NCBI RefSeq assembly: GCF_006345805.1
Contig: NC_043012.1
Location: 31,744,001 to 31,808,000, forward strand
DNA from: Octopus sinensis
Lineage: Eukaryota
Reading direction: 5' to 3'
Length of the DNA stretch: 64,000 nt
Below the pieces are notes generated by a model, which was given only the letters and a program-made list of their open reading frames with translations, was not told the DNA's origin and searched no databases. Within the stretch, counting starts at the first letter, position 1; the number at the start of each line of letters is the position of its first letter. This document shows positions 22,718 through 36,947 of this stretch, piece after piece. Made by a program: the position numbers and the translations under genes.

Positions 22718-24544
22718 CAACACACACACACACACGCACACATACACGCACACACACACACTCACACACACACATATTTCGCTTAGGCACAAGGATACTA
22801 ATAACTTAGAGTTAAAGCTCATTATACATATGCTTCATAGTAAACCGTTAGGCAAATGCTTGTGCGTCACATTGGGGCTTTAAAAATGACTGGCACATGC
22901 AACTTTGGAGTCAGACATAAATATTGTTATCTATAATAATCAGCCAAACGAAACGATCTTTATACCATCAAGTTTAGAAGAAATAACAGCCACTTATCAC
23001 CTACCCTATCGCAAAAGAAAAAGTATCCAGAATCGCCCCACACTGAACATATACCGAATGAGCAAGAAATTCTATAAAAGTCGTCCCTTGTGCAAACATT
23101 ATAAATAATTTCATTAGTAAAATCAACGGCAATGGCCATGAGAGAGATACCAGCATGGCATCGGCTCACAAACGCCAAGCGAACAAAATATTTTGAGAAC
23201 GGTCTATTGCCTTTTGAGCCAGAATAGCAGAAAACCCGGCGTGACCAAATTGGAAGACAAGGAGGAAAGTCACCTATTATGAAAAATGGCAGGAGTTTCA
23301 GTTGCTGATCGCAAAGCAGTAAACACCCTATTCGATATGCTGGGAGAGGCCTATCGTATAATGTTACCCTGTTTTTATATAACTTCAGTTTATTTTATTT
23401 TGTTTGTGGTGCCATGTGGATAATAATCTTGCCAGGGGTATTTTTTGGGCCGCTTTCAAAATGAAGAATTTTTTTTCCCTTACAACATCGCTTGAAATAG
23501 TGTTTTGTTTTTTTAAAAACTTCTTTGTACACAGAATCTCGGAGAGATTTCAAAGTTCTAAACATTAGTGCTTATGCCAAAAAAAAATTTAAAGGTGTTT
23601 TTTTAATGGTGTTTATTATCTTTTTTTCTTCTCTTGTCAAAACATCTGTATAAGATCTCGTCTCTTAAACACCGAAAGGAAACGCCCCAGTAACACAAAA
23701 CAAAGAAAAGAAAAAAGATGTCTGAACAATGGAACACTTGCCATAAAATAATGAAAATCTATTTCACTCTCTCGTCCTACGCAAATGATATTCCTGGGGC
23801 TTTTTTGAGTGTAATAAATTCCATTATAAACAGAGGGTTTTATGTGGGTGGATCTAGCAACATTTTTTCTGATGTTATGAAAAGTACTTTGTTTTAGTTA
23901 TTGCGTGATTGTTTATAATTTTACAATTAGCATGTGTCATTATTTTATATTACTTTCTAATACATTTTCTTTATGCAGAATCCCTACCAGCTCGCTCGTT
24001 TTCCTGTATTGTTCATCTTCTAAAGTTTTCGCAATAGCCACTCATTTTAGTGTTTCGTGATTTTGTAACTATGAATTACTTGATTGTAGTTGCTCTCAGC
24101 ATATTGACAACGAAATTCTTAGCCTGAGTAAGTACTGGGTCGATAGTGTTCCAATACTGCTTTCCCTAAAAAATGTCAATGTCCATACATTAGAAACTAA
24201 TACAAACATATCTAAACTTACGTTGCTAATCGGTTCCAAGACATGCGATATGATTCACATGCATCATTAACTTACATATGTTTTAATAAATTGTTTACAT
24301 GTATTTTCACATGCATTATATGTGATTTTTCACCTCAGTATTGGATATGTAGTTTTCTATATTTTAATTTTTATGTTTTTAAATTTATCCGCTGAAACTG
24401 ACATCGAGGTGGATAAGTCAACTAATGTTCAGATTTTTGTCTATCAATTTTATTCAAAAACATTATATAAAGGTCGATAAATAAGTAATTCGAAACGACG
24501 TAGGTTGAGTTATGTCTGTATTAATATTATCAATATTTCTTCTT

Positions 24545-25040
24545 ATCACAGGGGTTTTTTCTTGGGAGGGGGGACTCATGGAATCTTGCATGCGTAGCGG
24601 ACTTACTGCCTGCAGCCTGCAGCATACAGAACCAGGCTATGTGTTCTTTTTAACTGTCTCGTACTTTCCTGATAATTTTTGCCGTGCCAAGGAGGCAAAC
24701 GTCTTGTAAGAGTTCTACTGGACACTCTGTTCCAATTTCTTTTATATTCCTTTTGATGTCTTCTGATACTGTTCTCAAGGACCCAACAATATTTGGCACT
24801 ATCTTTACTTTCTTCACTTTCCATCATATTGTGAAGTCTGCAACATGCCACCTGCTTCAGTTCCTCTCTCATCCTCTGTAATTTCTTCTTAATCTGTTGT
24901 TTCTTCCTAAGCTATATTCTTTTCTTCCTCTTCATCTGGTTCTTCATCAAGAAATAATCCTAATTCTTCTATGTCTAATTTTCTCACAACCATCTCTCTC
25001 AATTTTTCCATTTGTCTTTCGTTGTCCATTGTGAATCTAA
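24545..25040 (-). mobile_element. Second REL-type (R4/CRE-like) LINE remnant: N-terminal acidic region fused to the endonuclease end
   Basis: WKVKKVKIVPNIVGSLRTVSEDIKRNIKEIGTECPVELLQDVCLLGTAKIIRKV..* followed by a short UTR. Confidence 0.7.
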
Positions 25041-26118
25041 AAGGGAAGAAGATTTTGTACTTTTATGGCATTCAAAACCATCTAATAACAAAAAAAAGAA
25101 TGTTGGTTAGTTGACAATAACATATGATTTTATGCGAGAAATAATCAGCCTTTCAGGTATAAAGATTAGTAAGTAAAACAAACAATATTAAAGAAAAAGA
25201 AACAAAAATGTAGCTGTCAATAAATGATATGGTATGGTGGGATATGCGCAACCCCAGACACAAATAGCACATGTGTACACTTCTCATCACTCAGCAAGTA
25301 ACTCAGTGGAGTTGTGCATTAACTCAGTGGAGTGCACCATGAAATTACATGGATGGAGAGCATTACCACTGCTGCCAGATGTTAGATATACATATAGAAA
25401 CATCACCTGAGGTATGAGATACCCCACCGCAGCACTGGAGGGTTAAACTCTGGAAGTGAATTAACCCATCTAGATATGAGTTTAATAGAAACAAACAGAC
25501 ACAAACAAGCACACACACAGACACACTCGCAAACATATACATAATATATGTGTTGGGTGCATTGTGTGTGTTATTTGGTTTGGGTGTCAGTGGGCGCATG
25601 TACATGTGTATGTATATATGGATGTACGTTATTGATTTATCATCGATAGCAAGAGATTTCTGGTTCGAAATATACTCATCGGCTCGATATATGAATCAAT
25701 TATCTATTATATTAAAGAAATGATTTAAGATGAACGAATATTTGATAACGAACGATAACTGTTACCAGTAAATAAATATGTCATTCCCATTGTGTGTGAG
25801 TACGGGGCAAAATGATGAAGCCAAAATAGTTGGGTTTGTAACGAGAGCCAGGGAGAAAAATGACTATGGTTGATACTTACTTTTCAAGTGATCAGTATCT
25901 CTATTCTAATCTCTATCCGTATATTTTAACAATTCAAGCCGTCTGATTTATGGAGAGGACTAACACACATATACATTTAGCAACATATATTTATAAGAGC
26001 ACATATAAATATGTTTACACACACACACACACATATATTTATATATACACTCATATATATATATATATAATATATATATATATTATATATATATATATAT
26101 ATACATATATACATATAT

Positions 26119-26151
<33 letters not shown>

Positions 26152-26195
26152 GTATATTATATGTATATATATATATGTATGTATGTATGCATGTA

Positions 26196-26246
<51 letters not shown>

Positions 26247-26989
26247 GTATGTGTGTATATATGTGGATCTATTATAATAATTCAACCTCCATTGTTATTC
26301 TGTTTCTGGATCATACATCACAAATTCTTTCGGCTTGGGTGAGTGTGAAACCAAGTTTGAAAGCAATGATGTTTTCGGGGAATATAAATATTGTTCAAGA
26401 TGATTTAAACGCACCGCTTATGAAATATGTTTATAGTTTTCAGAAGTTGTGTAGCCCATTGGGGAAAGAGAGTGATTTAGTTATGTCATGTCTGCAGCAA
26501 AGAGTTAAAAAGAAAGATAAAGAAAATGATAGAAGAGAAATGTTTGAAAAGAAAGGAAGAGATGATTATGAAAGTTCCAAGTATTTCGATCCCTTGTCTT
26601 CTTTATTGAAAATATATAAAAGAAACGAAGATATAAAATGAAATTTGCAATAATTCGACTCTTTATCTTTTATATTTAATATATAATAATACTAGAATAA
26701 TATAATGATATTGTACACTTGACACACATTAAAAACAACGGACACAAAAGAGCGCAGATAAATGAATACTTATGTCATTGAAGAATCATGGAATTACCAT
26801 GACTCGCTGATGAGGTTTTATTAGATCAAAACATGTGCATATCCTAATGAACCTTCAGAAAATAGTTCTGAATTTTATCGAGATTTTCTGTTCTGAAAGA
26901 TGTATTCCACCATCACATTGTCTGTGATTTATGTACCGCTAGTGGCAGTAATACTGCTGGGTGTAGAAAAGATTGAGGTCCTCCAGGCA

Positions 26990-27802
26990 ACGAGAACTCC
27001 GCTGGAGAATTGGCAAAGGAAGAGCCTGGAGATAATTATTCAAACTGCCCTGATTAAAGACCGTTATTGAGAAAGATCCACCTAAAACCATTCGAGAACT
27101 GGCAAAAAATAAAGATTGAAGTTAGCTAGAAAACTGCCTGCAACCATTTGCAGGCGATCGGAATATCAAGAAAGCTCGACAAATGTGTACCCCACATTTA
27201 GCTACACTAAAATGAAGCACAAAAAACCTCCCCTTAATCTGAGCTCCCCAAGCAGAAGGTTATGGTGACTGTTTGGTGGTGTACTGCTGGAATCATCCAC
27301 TAAAACTTCATAAAACCCTGAAAAACCGTTACTGCAGAAACATATTGCGGTGAAATTACCAAAATGAACGAAAAACTGCTATTCCTCCGTCTCAGACCGA
27401 TCAACAGAAGAGGATCAATCATTCTTCATGACAATGCTCGACCACACGTTTCACTAATGAAGCTTCAGAAGTTGAGGGAACTTGGCTACGAAATTCCTCC
27501 CCACCCAACTTATTCCCCAGACCTTTCTCCTTCCGACTCGCACTTTTTAAGCATCTTGATTGTATCCTGCGAGAAAAGGAGTTCAAAAATAAAACCGATG
27601 CTGAAAGTGCGTTCAACAAGTTCATCAGCTCCAGAACTCCAGATATATATATTACCGGAATAAACGAACTCGTAACTCGTTGGCTGAAAATGCGTTGATT
27701 GTAATCGTACTTACTTTGCTGAATAAAATTTCTACATTGTTGAAATAGATTGTGATGAATTTCATGTTTCAAAACGTTGCTTTCCCTTTACTCAGCTTGA
27801 TA
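26990..27802 (+). mobile_element. Mariner (DD34D-type) transposase remnant
   Basis: CVPH, QKVMVTVWW, ILHDNARPHVS, HPTYSPDLSPSD motifs; frameshifted. Confidence 0.88.
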
Positions 27803-27981
27803 CATAAAAGTTAGTCAGGTCTTCCATTTGGTAAACTTGAAATTTCAACCTACCACTGATTTTTGTCATGATGTAATCTAAGAATTCATCAATAAAATAC
27901 TACTGAAACAGCTGTCGTGAATTTTAAACCCCATTTGTGTACTTTTATACACACACACACACACTTACATACATACGTATT

Positions 27982-28029
<48 letters not shown>

Positions 28030-28809
28030 GAGTGTATGTGTGTGAGTGTGTGCGTGCATTTGCATTACAGAATACATATTTATTTAAGTGCTAGGAACAA
28101 AATATTTTTCCATGAAATATATATAAAAAGGTTCTTTAAATAATACATCAAAATGAGATACCTTGAAAAAACAAGACTGAATGTGTGGTCATTAATTGGG
28201 AGTTCTGCGTTCTTGTATGCTTGAACGTGCTGATAGTTACTTTCTCTCTGCATCGAGCGATAAAGAAAATCCTCGAAGAACTCAGTGTAATATTTATTAA
28301 TTCATTTCTCTATTCATGGATTCAATTCTTCTCACAATCATCACATATATTAGTGTTGTATTATAGTTTATTTTGAAGGATCTAATTCAGTTAGTATCAG
28401 AAATCTTTTTAATATAATATCTCATAAGGTAAATATAGAAGTTTATGATCATTTTATCATATTTATGATTTTGCAGATTTCCCAATTGTCATTGCACATT
28501 CGATGAAATAATATTAAATTAAATACATACTGTTCGGAAGCAAACCGAGCAAAGGGAAAATATAATATTACTATTTTGTATTATTTTACATTTGTTTTGA
28601 TTTTATATTAGTATAAACAATTCATATAACATTGACACGGACTGTGGAAATTTAATTTCCCGTAAATATTTCCAGTATCAGATTCAGTGTGATTAATTAA
28701 ATCAAAATGTGAGTTAGCCGGCACTTCACTACATATGAGAATTTTATTTCATTTTTCTACTGTTTACTCTCCATTTCGTTATCGGCATATCTCTCTCCTC
28801 ATTTCTCAT

Positions 28810-28870
28810 TTATATGTACATATATACATATACATACATATATATACATATGTATATATGTATGTATATA

Positions 28871-28911
<41 letters not shown>

Positions 28912-28991
28912 CAAATGTGTATATACATGCATAAATATCTGCATGTATATATATATATTATATATATATATAAATATAAATATATATATAG

Positions 28992-29024
<33 letters not shown>

Positions 29025-29040
29025 GTATGTATATATACAT

Positions 29041-29071
<31 letters not shown>

Positions 29072-29318
29072 TGCATGTATATATATATGTATATATATAT
29101 GTATATATATGTCTATATATATGCATATATATATATATATGTATATATATATGTATATATATGTATATATATATGTATATATTATATATATGTATGTATA
29201 TATATATATGCATATATATATGTATATAGTATATATATATATAGATATATATATAATATATATGCATATATATATGTATATATATGTATATATATATATA
29301 TATGCATATATATATATG

Positions 29319-29349
<31 letters not shown>

Positions 29350-29410
29350 CTATATATATATATAATATTATATATATATATATATATATATCTATATATA
29401 TATTCATACA
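28810..29410. repeat. About 600-bp interrupted (TA)n/(TATG)n array
   Basis: Directly visible. Confidence 0.95.
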
Positions 29411-31007
29411 TACATAAACACACATATTTTTCCTACGTGTTCTCTTGCGTAGATTCATACATAGCCTGCCATTTATATATCACCCTTATATTATCCATAA
29501 TCTAATCCACCCAACTCTCTCACAGCTACTCATCTATAAATCTTTTATTCATTCCCCCTTTTCGCATATATCTTAACTCATCTGCCTACCTATCTCTCAC
29601 TACCAAACTCTCAATAATTGGATCAATATTCTACATTCTCTGCCTCTCTATCTCTGCAGCTTTTAATTTGCGTTTGCCAGTCTATTTCGGTATCTCTCAC
29701 CAACGCCTTTCGATATAACTTTCCTTCTTGAGTTGTCTATTTAGAATTCCCTCATTCTGCTTTTACTTCTTCCATCCACAAGGTATCATAACACTATTAT
29801 TCATTCCCAAACTATCAACTCTGTATATTTATGTCTTTCTCGATGTATGCATATCTAATTTGTATTTTTCAAGTATATTGTTTTAACTGAAACAAGAATA
29901 CAATAAATACATAAAGACAATATAAAAAAGCATTGTAAAAATACAAAGTAAATACATAAATATAAAATCTAAGGATAAAACAATCTTGGTCAACACAAAA
30001 TGCTTACAATAAGAGCCTACAAACTTATTCCTCACACATACTGTATGCACACAATCACAAATGCACAGACATATTATTTCACATAGTCTTTTTGGATAAT
30101 TCAAAATATATAGTAAAGTATTTCATAATCCTTCAAATTCGGCATTGAAGTAAATAGTCCTTACATCGCGTGTTTCGTTTGTCTGAGCAGGGAAACGTTG
30201 GGACTTACTTGGAGAGTTGTTACAAGGTTAGATATTTATCAGATAAAATGTAGCCATTTTCTCACCCGGAGAGATTTGTAGCTTATTGTTAGTTATAGTG
30301 TGTAAGCACAACTCAGCTAAAAAGGTCAGTCATAGTGCATACAGACATAGCTAATTAATACATAACGCCTTACGCAGCCTTTTGGGTGGCTTTGATGTGT
30401 AGGGTATATCGTGTTAAAAAAAACAATACCAAATAAATATAAAGCTTAGCCCAGTCATGAAAAGACTTGCTTGCAACATAGGTCTCTACATGGTCAAAAT
30501 ACGGGAAAACGATGTGGATAATTTGTAATATTCTTACACATTCATCTACTAAAGGTAGCTAATTAAAAAGATACCTATCTTTTTTCTATGTAGAGTGTAG
30601 TAGCCTCCAGCTATTTATGATGAACACAGATTAGGATAACCCTCGACTGGATAATCTAGTTTGTATAAGACTACCCGAACTGATTGATTTAAATGAACCC
30701 CGTTATTATTTCTTGAACCGTTACAGATACACTGATCAGTTTAGTGAAGTTCTTGTTTGTAGCTTAAAAGGTAGTTTAATCCACGTTTATAACATAATTT
30801 AGATTAAGAGACTTTAGCAGTATAGCTTTAAAGTAGTAAGTATATATAAGTAGCTATGAGCTACAATTAATCTGTGAACAGAAAAATCAAGTCGTTCTCT
30901 GATGAAAGACTTAAAAGACTTGAAACTAGCTAAATAGATATTAACCGTTTTTATACAGGAGGGTATAAAACGTATGGGGCAAACATTCTTTTATTTTATA
31001 TTATAAG

Positions 31008-31058
<51 letters not shown>

Positions 31059-31077
31059 TATGAAGATAATATTTTAT

Positions 31078-31175
31078 CGGTTTCAGCTCAAAGCTGCGCT
31101 CATGCTGGGGCACCGCCGATCTACTACACTGTTATTATTGAGAGCATCCTCTGATATGTGGCATTTGGAAAATAA
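31078..31175 (-). mobile_element. LINE-like 3' end whose terminus matches the SINE A tail
   Basis: Reverse complement ..gtagtagatcggcggtgccccagcatgagcgcagctttgagctgaaac; homologous segment at 63909-64000 and a terminus at 43660-43702. Confidence 0.5.
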
Positions 31176-31269
31176 GAGAGTTTGATGTTGCTTCCCTCAT
31201 TTGCGCTCCCTGCCGCGAGGTAGGCTCATCTGGGACACTCGACAGGAAGACATCCAGTTATGTTTTGAA

Positions 31270-31500
31270 AACACCTATATCCACTTTGTGCTTTCTCCTC
31301 GGTCCCTGGACTACTACACCCAACTTTGGTCACCCCATGGGGTAAAATTAACAGCGGACCTTGAAGCAATCCAGCGAAGCTACACAAATGCCAGAAAAGG
31401 TCGTTCCTACACAGTGCCATAGATCCCAACATTGCTGTCGAGTTTCAGAACCAGTTGTTACAACAGCCTGGTTTTGAAGGGCTCGTAGCTTTTTAATACA
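31270..31500 (+). mobile_element. CR1/L2-type LINE remnant
   Basis: HFVLS..LDYYTQLWSPHGVKLTADLEAIQRSYT resembles the CR1/L2 LDYCSxxWSP..LExVQR motif. Confidence 0.55.
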
Positions 31501-31578
31501 TACATACAAACATTCATATATAGAAATATATATATACATATACCTATACTATATGTATGTGTATATATATATATGCAA

Positions 31579-31610
<32 letters not shown>

Positions 31611-31671
31611 GTACAATATATATGTGTGTATGTATATATATGTATATGTATATATATACATATATATAAAT

Positions 31672-31711
<40 letters not shown>

Positions 31712-31822
31712 TATATGTATGTATATATGTACATATATATATACATATATACATCTCAAATATGGAATGCAGGATAAGCTACTCTTTACACAAATTGTCA
31801 TGGATTGCCAATATATATATAT

Positions 31823-31864
<42 letters not shown>

Positions 31865-32663
31865 ATAGATATATATATATTGGCAATCCATATATGTATA
31901 TATTCAAACCCGACATTTTCCTACCAAAGTCTATCTACATAAGTCAAAATGGATTATTGTGATGAAATTACCAAGGATATAAATCCAAACTTTAAATGTT
32001 ACCGAAGTGGACCGGCATAAATCTATACCAGAAACTTTTAATATATTTTCAAAATTGCTACACACAGATACACCCCATCCTCACACCCACCCACACCAAC
32101 ACACACACACACATATACATACTGTTCTGAGAAGGTAAGATCAATCACAAAGTACTTCATCTGCCGAGGGTAGTATATTGTTTAATGAACAATGAAAATA
32201 TATGATGTGTTCGTTAAATGATATATATATATACACTGCGTACAGACACATACATACACATAGACACACACACACATCTATGTACGTATGTATATATAAA
32301 TATGTATAGATATATATATTTATACACCTATAGATACTTATAATGTTGATATGAACAATAATGAAAACACTCCGTATTTCTAAGCGTTCATAATATATGA
32401 GAAAAATCCGCGCCACTTAACTATTGCTGATCCACAGCTAATTTCAGAGTTGATAGGTTGTACAAGTTTTTATTGTAAGTCTTATTTGTCTTAGTCATGA
32501 ACATAGTTCTTCTGTAAATATTTGTCTATTTACTGACAATAGTTTATCGAATAGCAGGCACAGCTATGATTGTAAGTTCAGGGAACAGTAAATATAAACT
32601 GAATATATAAAGAAAACATTATGTAAGTGTATGTGTGTATGTGTATTTATATGTATGTATATG

Positions 32664-32717
<54 letters not shown>

Positions 32718-32775
32718 CGCGCGTGTGTGTGTGTGTGTGTTTGAGTGTATGTGTATTTATATGTATGTATATGTC

Positions 32776-32822
<47 letters not shown>

Positions 32823-32921
32823 TATATTATATATATTATATATATATATGCGTGTATGTGTATGTGTGTGTGTTTCTGTGTGTGTATTTCTGTGCGTGAG
32901 TGTATATGTGTATGTGTGTGT

Positions 32922-33178
32922 GCTGTAGTGGTTAGAGCGTTGCATTTGTGATAGTGAGATCGAGGTTTCTTTTTCTGGGATGGTGGCTGCTTTGCATTCT
33001 TGAGCAAGATATTTCATCTCATGCTGCTCTGTGATCACTTCGACACCTGACATGTAACACACCGTGCAGCTGTACTGGCAACGGCGATTTGATGGAGGGA
33101 ACGAACAAATATTCAGCACATGCACTAGATCTCTATAAGAAAATCATTTGTGCAGTTTTTTTCAGTAAGAAACTGTCT
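32922..33178 (+). mobile_element. SINE family E (decayed tRNA head)
   Basis: gtagtggttagagcg A box, cttgagcaaga central block and a distinct body. Confidence 0.6.
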
Positions 33179-33202
33179 TCCTCGAACTCGGAGAGTCTAC
33201 AA

Positions 33203-33261
<59 letters not shown>

Positions 33262-33490
33262 AAATAAGTCAAGATAGAAAATGCTAAGATAATTTTATAA
33301 AGAACATTTCAGTACCTGTTTCAGTCATTTTGAGACCTTTTCAACTGTAACGATTAAATAATTAAATTTAGAAAAATTAAAAGAAATGTTTTTTAAAGGT
33401 ATATTTGTATAGTGTTCAAATATAAGTGTCATTTTCCTTGTTTCTGCCTTGCTCTGTCTCTCTTGTTCACACTTGTGGGTTCGAGGTCGT

Positions 33491-33540
<50 letters not shown>

Positions 33541-33755
33541 TGTAAATTTAGGGTGAATACTTGATAAGTGTAAGCACCTGTATATGCCAGATAGTGGCAG
33601 AGGTGAGAATAATATTTGAAATAACAATGTTTGCGGCTGAAAAGAGCTTTAAACCATCTTTTAAATCAATAATACACTGATGTAAGAACGAATTGTTTAT
33701 AAAGCTTGAAACACGTGTATCGCGATATCCGTTATGTTCTGTTTTAAATTTTATT

Positions 33756-33791
<36 letters not shown>

Positions 33792-34656
33792 TTCATAGCG
33801 TGGTGTCCACGCAGGTATATACTTTCCGTTGAACTATCTGTTTTGAGCCTTTTTAGGATTTGATATATATATCTACTACTTTCCTTCGTAGGTAACGTGT
33901 CCGTTTTGACATACCACGTGCCTGGAGAATTTTCAACGGGGCGAGGTGTCTATTCTAAGCCAAACCTAATCGCTGCAGCCCTCGCTCAGAATGACGTCGG
34001 TGACTAAAGCCCACGGATATCCTGAGCTTAGTCAAAACATACTGGGTGATATATAGAAATCGTTCAACAAACATTTGATTATATATGCAAAGCCAGCTAG
34101 GCTAATATTTAATCAATGTGCACATTTGAAACATCATTAGATTAAGATATTACTGCTAACAGCTGTCCTCTTTTGGATATGCATTAAAAATTTTATACTC
34201 ATCGTTATTTGAATCATAAGTTATTCCAATGGTATACTCACATACACTCGCAAATACGCATGCACAGACACAATTTCTGACCTAAAACCTACGGAAGTAA
34301 GTACTACAAATATATCAAATCCTAGAATGGTGTGTATTAGGTTCAAACAGACGGTGGAATGGAAAGTTTATAGTGGATGTTTGAAACTAAATCTAGAATT
34401 GTTGTTTAGATTCCCTGTAACTATGTTATTTAATCTTTAAAAAACCCTAAAAACATGCATTCGTCGCTTTTATTGTAATAAGAATTTTTTAACGCTACAT
34501 TCCGTGTTTTCAGTCATGAAGAATACTGAATTGATTTTTTTACTATTTATTTCACACGTATGTAATTTATTTGAAGGAGATTAGTTCAAGAATGTATAGT
34601 ATCATTTTAATCAGACTATACCGATAATATTTATTGCCGGTAATAATATCACTAAA

Positions 34657-34898
34657 AATAAATAAATGCGCCCTTTTTAAAGCCTATCCAGGCTCATGGG
34701 CCCGTTTTCCCGTTTTCTATGGCGTATGTGTTTCCCAGTCCATGGCAGCGTTACTCATTTTTGCCACCTGAGTGGACTGGAGCAATGTGAAATGAAGTGT
34801 TTTGCTCAAGAACACAACGCGTCGCCCGGTCCAGGAATCGAAACCACAATCTTGCGATCATGATGTTGACACCCTAACCACTAAGCCACGCGTCTCCA
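34657..34898 (-). mobile_element. SINE family C
   Basis: Homologous to 20724-20972, with an internal deletion. Confidence 0.88.
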
Positions 34899-34976
34899 CT
34901 AATAATATCATTAACTTAAATACACTCAACGCGCTATACGCTAAATATCCATTCATTGACACTACAATAGTACCAA

Positions 34977-35360
34977 CTAGCAGTATCGCCCGGCGTTGCT
35001 CAGGTTTGTAAGGGAAATAACTATAAAGCATTTTTAGAGAGTTATAGCCAAAAAATAGCAAAAAAATGGAAAAAGAATGATGGTAAATTTTTTTTGAGAG
35101 TAAAAAAAGGTTGAGTTGCGTCCCCTAGACAGTCTGTGGTTTGTTTTTTTTTATTCTCGACCCCATGTCGAATTTATCGATTTTTTTCAGAACTGGGGGA
35201 ACTTTTCAAAATTTTCACTGCGTTAGTTTTGAATTATGACATTGGGCTATGTGTGAGTCAGGTTTCATCAGAATCGGTTGAAAGCCGTGGTCAGGGTGAG
35301 GGTACAAGCAAACAGACACACAGAAACACGCACAGACAAACTGCCGTTTATATAGAGAGA
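34977..35360 (-). mobile_element. Complete non-autonomous Helitron (384 bp)
   Basis: Minus strand A|TCTCTCTATATA...aacctgagcaacgccgggcg-atactg-CTAG|T: TC start, imperfect GC-rich 3' hairpin, CTAG end, A/T insertion site. Confidence 0.85.
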
Positions 35361-36947
35361 TATATCTGTTGCTCATTGCATATTTAGATAACGGCTACTA
35401 CGTTGCTCAGCTGTTCAAATGTATCGAAATAGCTAAATGTTTTCAAGTCGGATCCTTTATCAAGAATATAAAAAAAAATGAAACACCTGTGTGCTAATTA
35501 CGCTAGAACACTCTCAGAGTCATGAGATGTTTTGGGTAAGAATGTTTTTTTTTTTTGTAGGCGCTTCTATCCTTATTCTTTTATTCTTTAGACCGCTTTC
35601 CCATATGTAACGTCCTTGAATTTATTTTCACATTTCCTTTATTCTAATTGCAGGATAAAATCACAAGAGCGCCATTATTTTATTGTCAACTCGAAATTCT
35701 ACCATACCAATCAGGGGCATTCTTAGTTGTACAATACTTTGCTGTGAAAGATATCACAGCTGCTAAACATGGTAAGTTTGCAATTAAGTTTTCCTTTTGG
35801 ATATGAATTAAAAATTTTATACTCATCGTTATTTGAATCATAAGTTATTCCAATGGTATACTCACACACACGCAAATACGCATGCACGTCACGAATATTG
35901 GAAATTTGAATTTGAAATTAAGGAATGACAAAAGGTGTACAATACTCACATTCACACATACACACACACAAACATACCCACCCACGCACACACACACGCA
36001 GACTCACACACACAGACTCACACACGCATACGTATGCATGCACGCGCGCATACACACACATACATACGAACACAGACACCACACGCACATGCATGCACGC
36101 ACGCACAGACATGCATACACACACAGACACAGACACACACACACACACATATATATGTGTGTGTGTTTGTTCTTACTTATAACGAAATATTTATAGTTAC
36201 TAGTCGGTGTTAATCATGTCCAGCATTATTTTATTTTTTATATAATCTGATCATATTCCACTAATTCATTTCCAACTTTGATAACGCAAATCAAATATTT
36301 TATACGCGCACTCTAAACTTACTTATCCTAACTTTATGTATATACTTCCTCAAAGATCTATAAAAACTAACAAAGTAAGTACTAACAAAATTGCTCAAAA
36401 CTGCAACTGCACTAAACGACTGTCTCTAGATTCAACTTCTATGGTAAAATATGTAATGCAAAATTCAAACAAATGTCATATCTAAAATACATATAGAAAT
36501 TACACTAAACCGTGTCTAGGCATGTTCTCTTCAACAATTTTCTCAGTATAAGCAAGCATAAATATATTTATCTAACTGGATACAAACAGTAACTGAAATA
36601 AATATGAAGCATTCTCTGGACACCAACAGGTCTCAAATCTGTATTAATAATATCACATATTTTTAAGTGTTGTGTAATTAATTAAGAAAATTCAGCGTAT
36701 CGTCACACAATCAACTATATAAATACTTCAGACTGGTGACATACCAAACTCTATAACATTTCTATTAATGTTTATGTTATTTAACTCGATATAATAACTT
36801 ATTCGAAGAGAAACATTCATTTATGCATATCCGTAAAACAAACAAAATGATTTTGGTAGCTGAAAGTTTTAATTTTAAATCTAATATGGAGTGACTTTAG
36901 CATAAACGAAAATAATTCTGAATGCTCTTCAATATTGGGTTTAAATT

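Noticed and set aside
22880-23360. Possible LINE C-terminal remnant
   Set aside because: No diagnostic motif could be confirmed.
26150-26641. 163-aa ORF
   Set aside because: The first half is microsatellite, and the purine-rich remainder has no recognisable domain or splice support.
33870-34040. Possible HDV-like ribozyme or RTE 5' UTR
   Set aside because: I could not build the nested double pseudoknot (no P3 pairing around acctcgc).
35748-35770. tatcacagc seed match to the miR-2/13 family
   Set aside because: Only 9 nt match and there is no hairpin.
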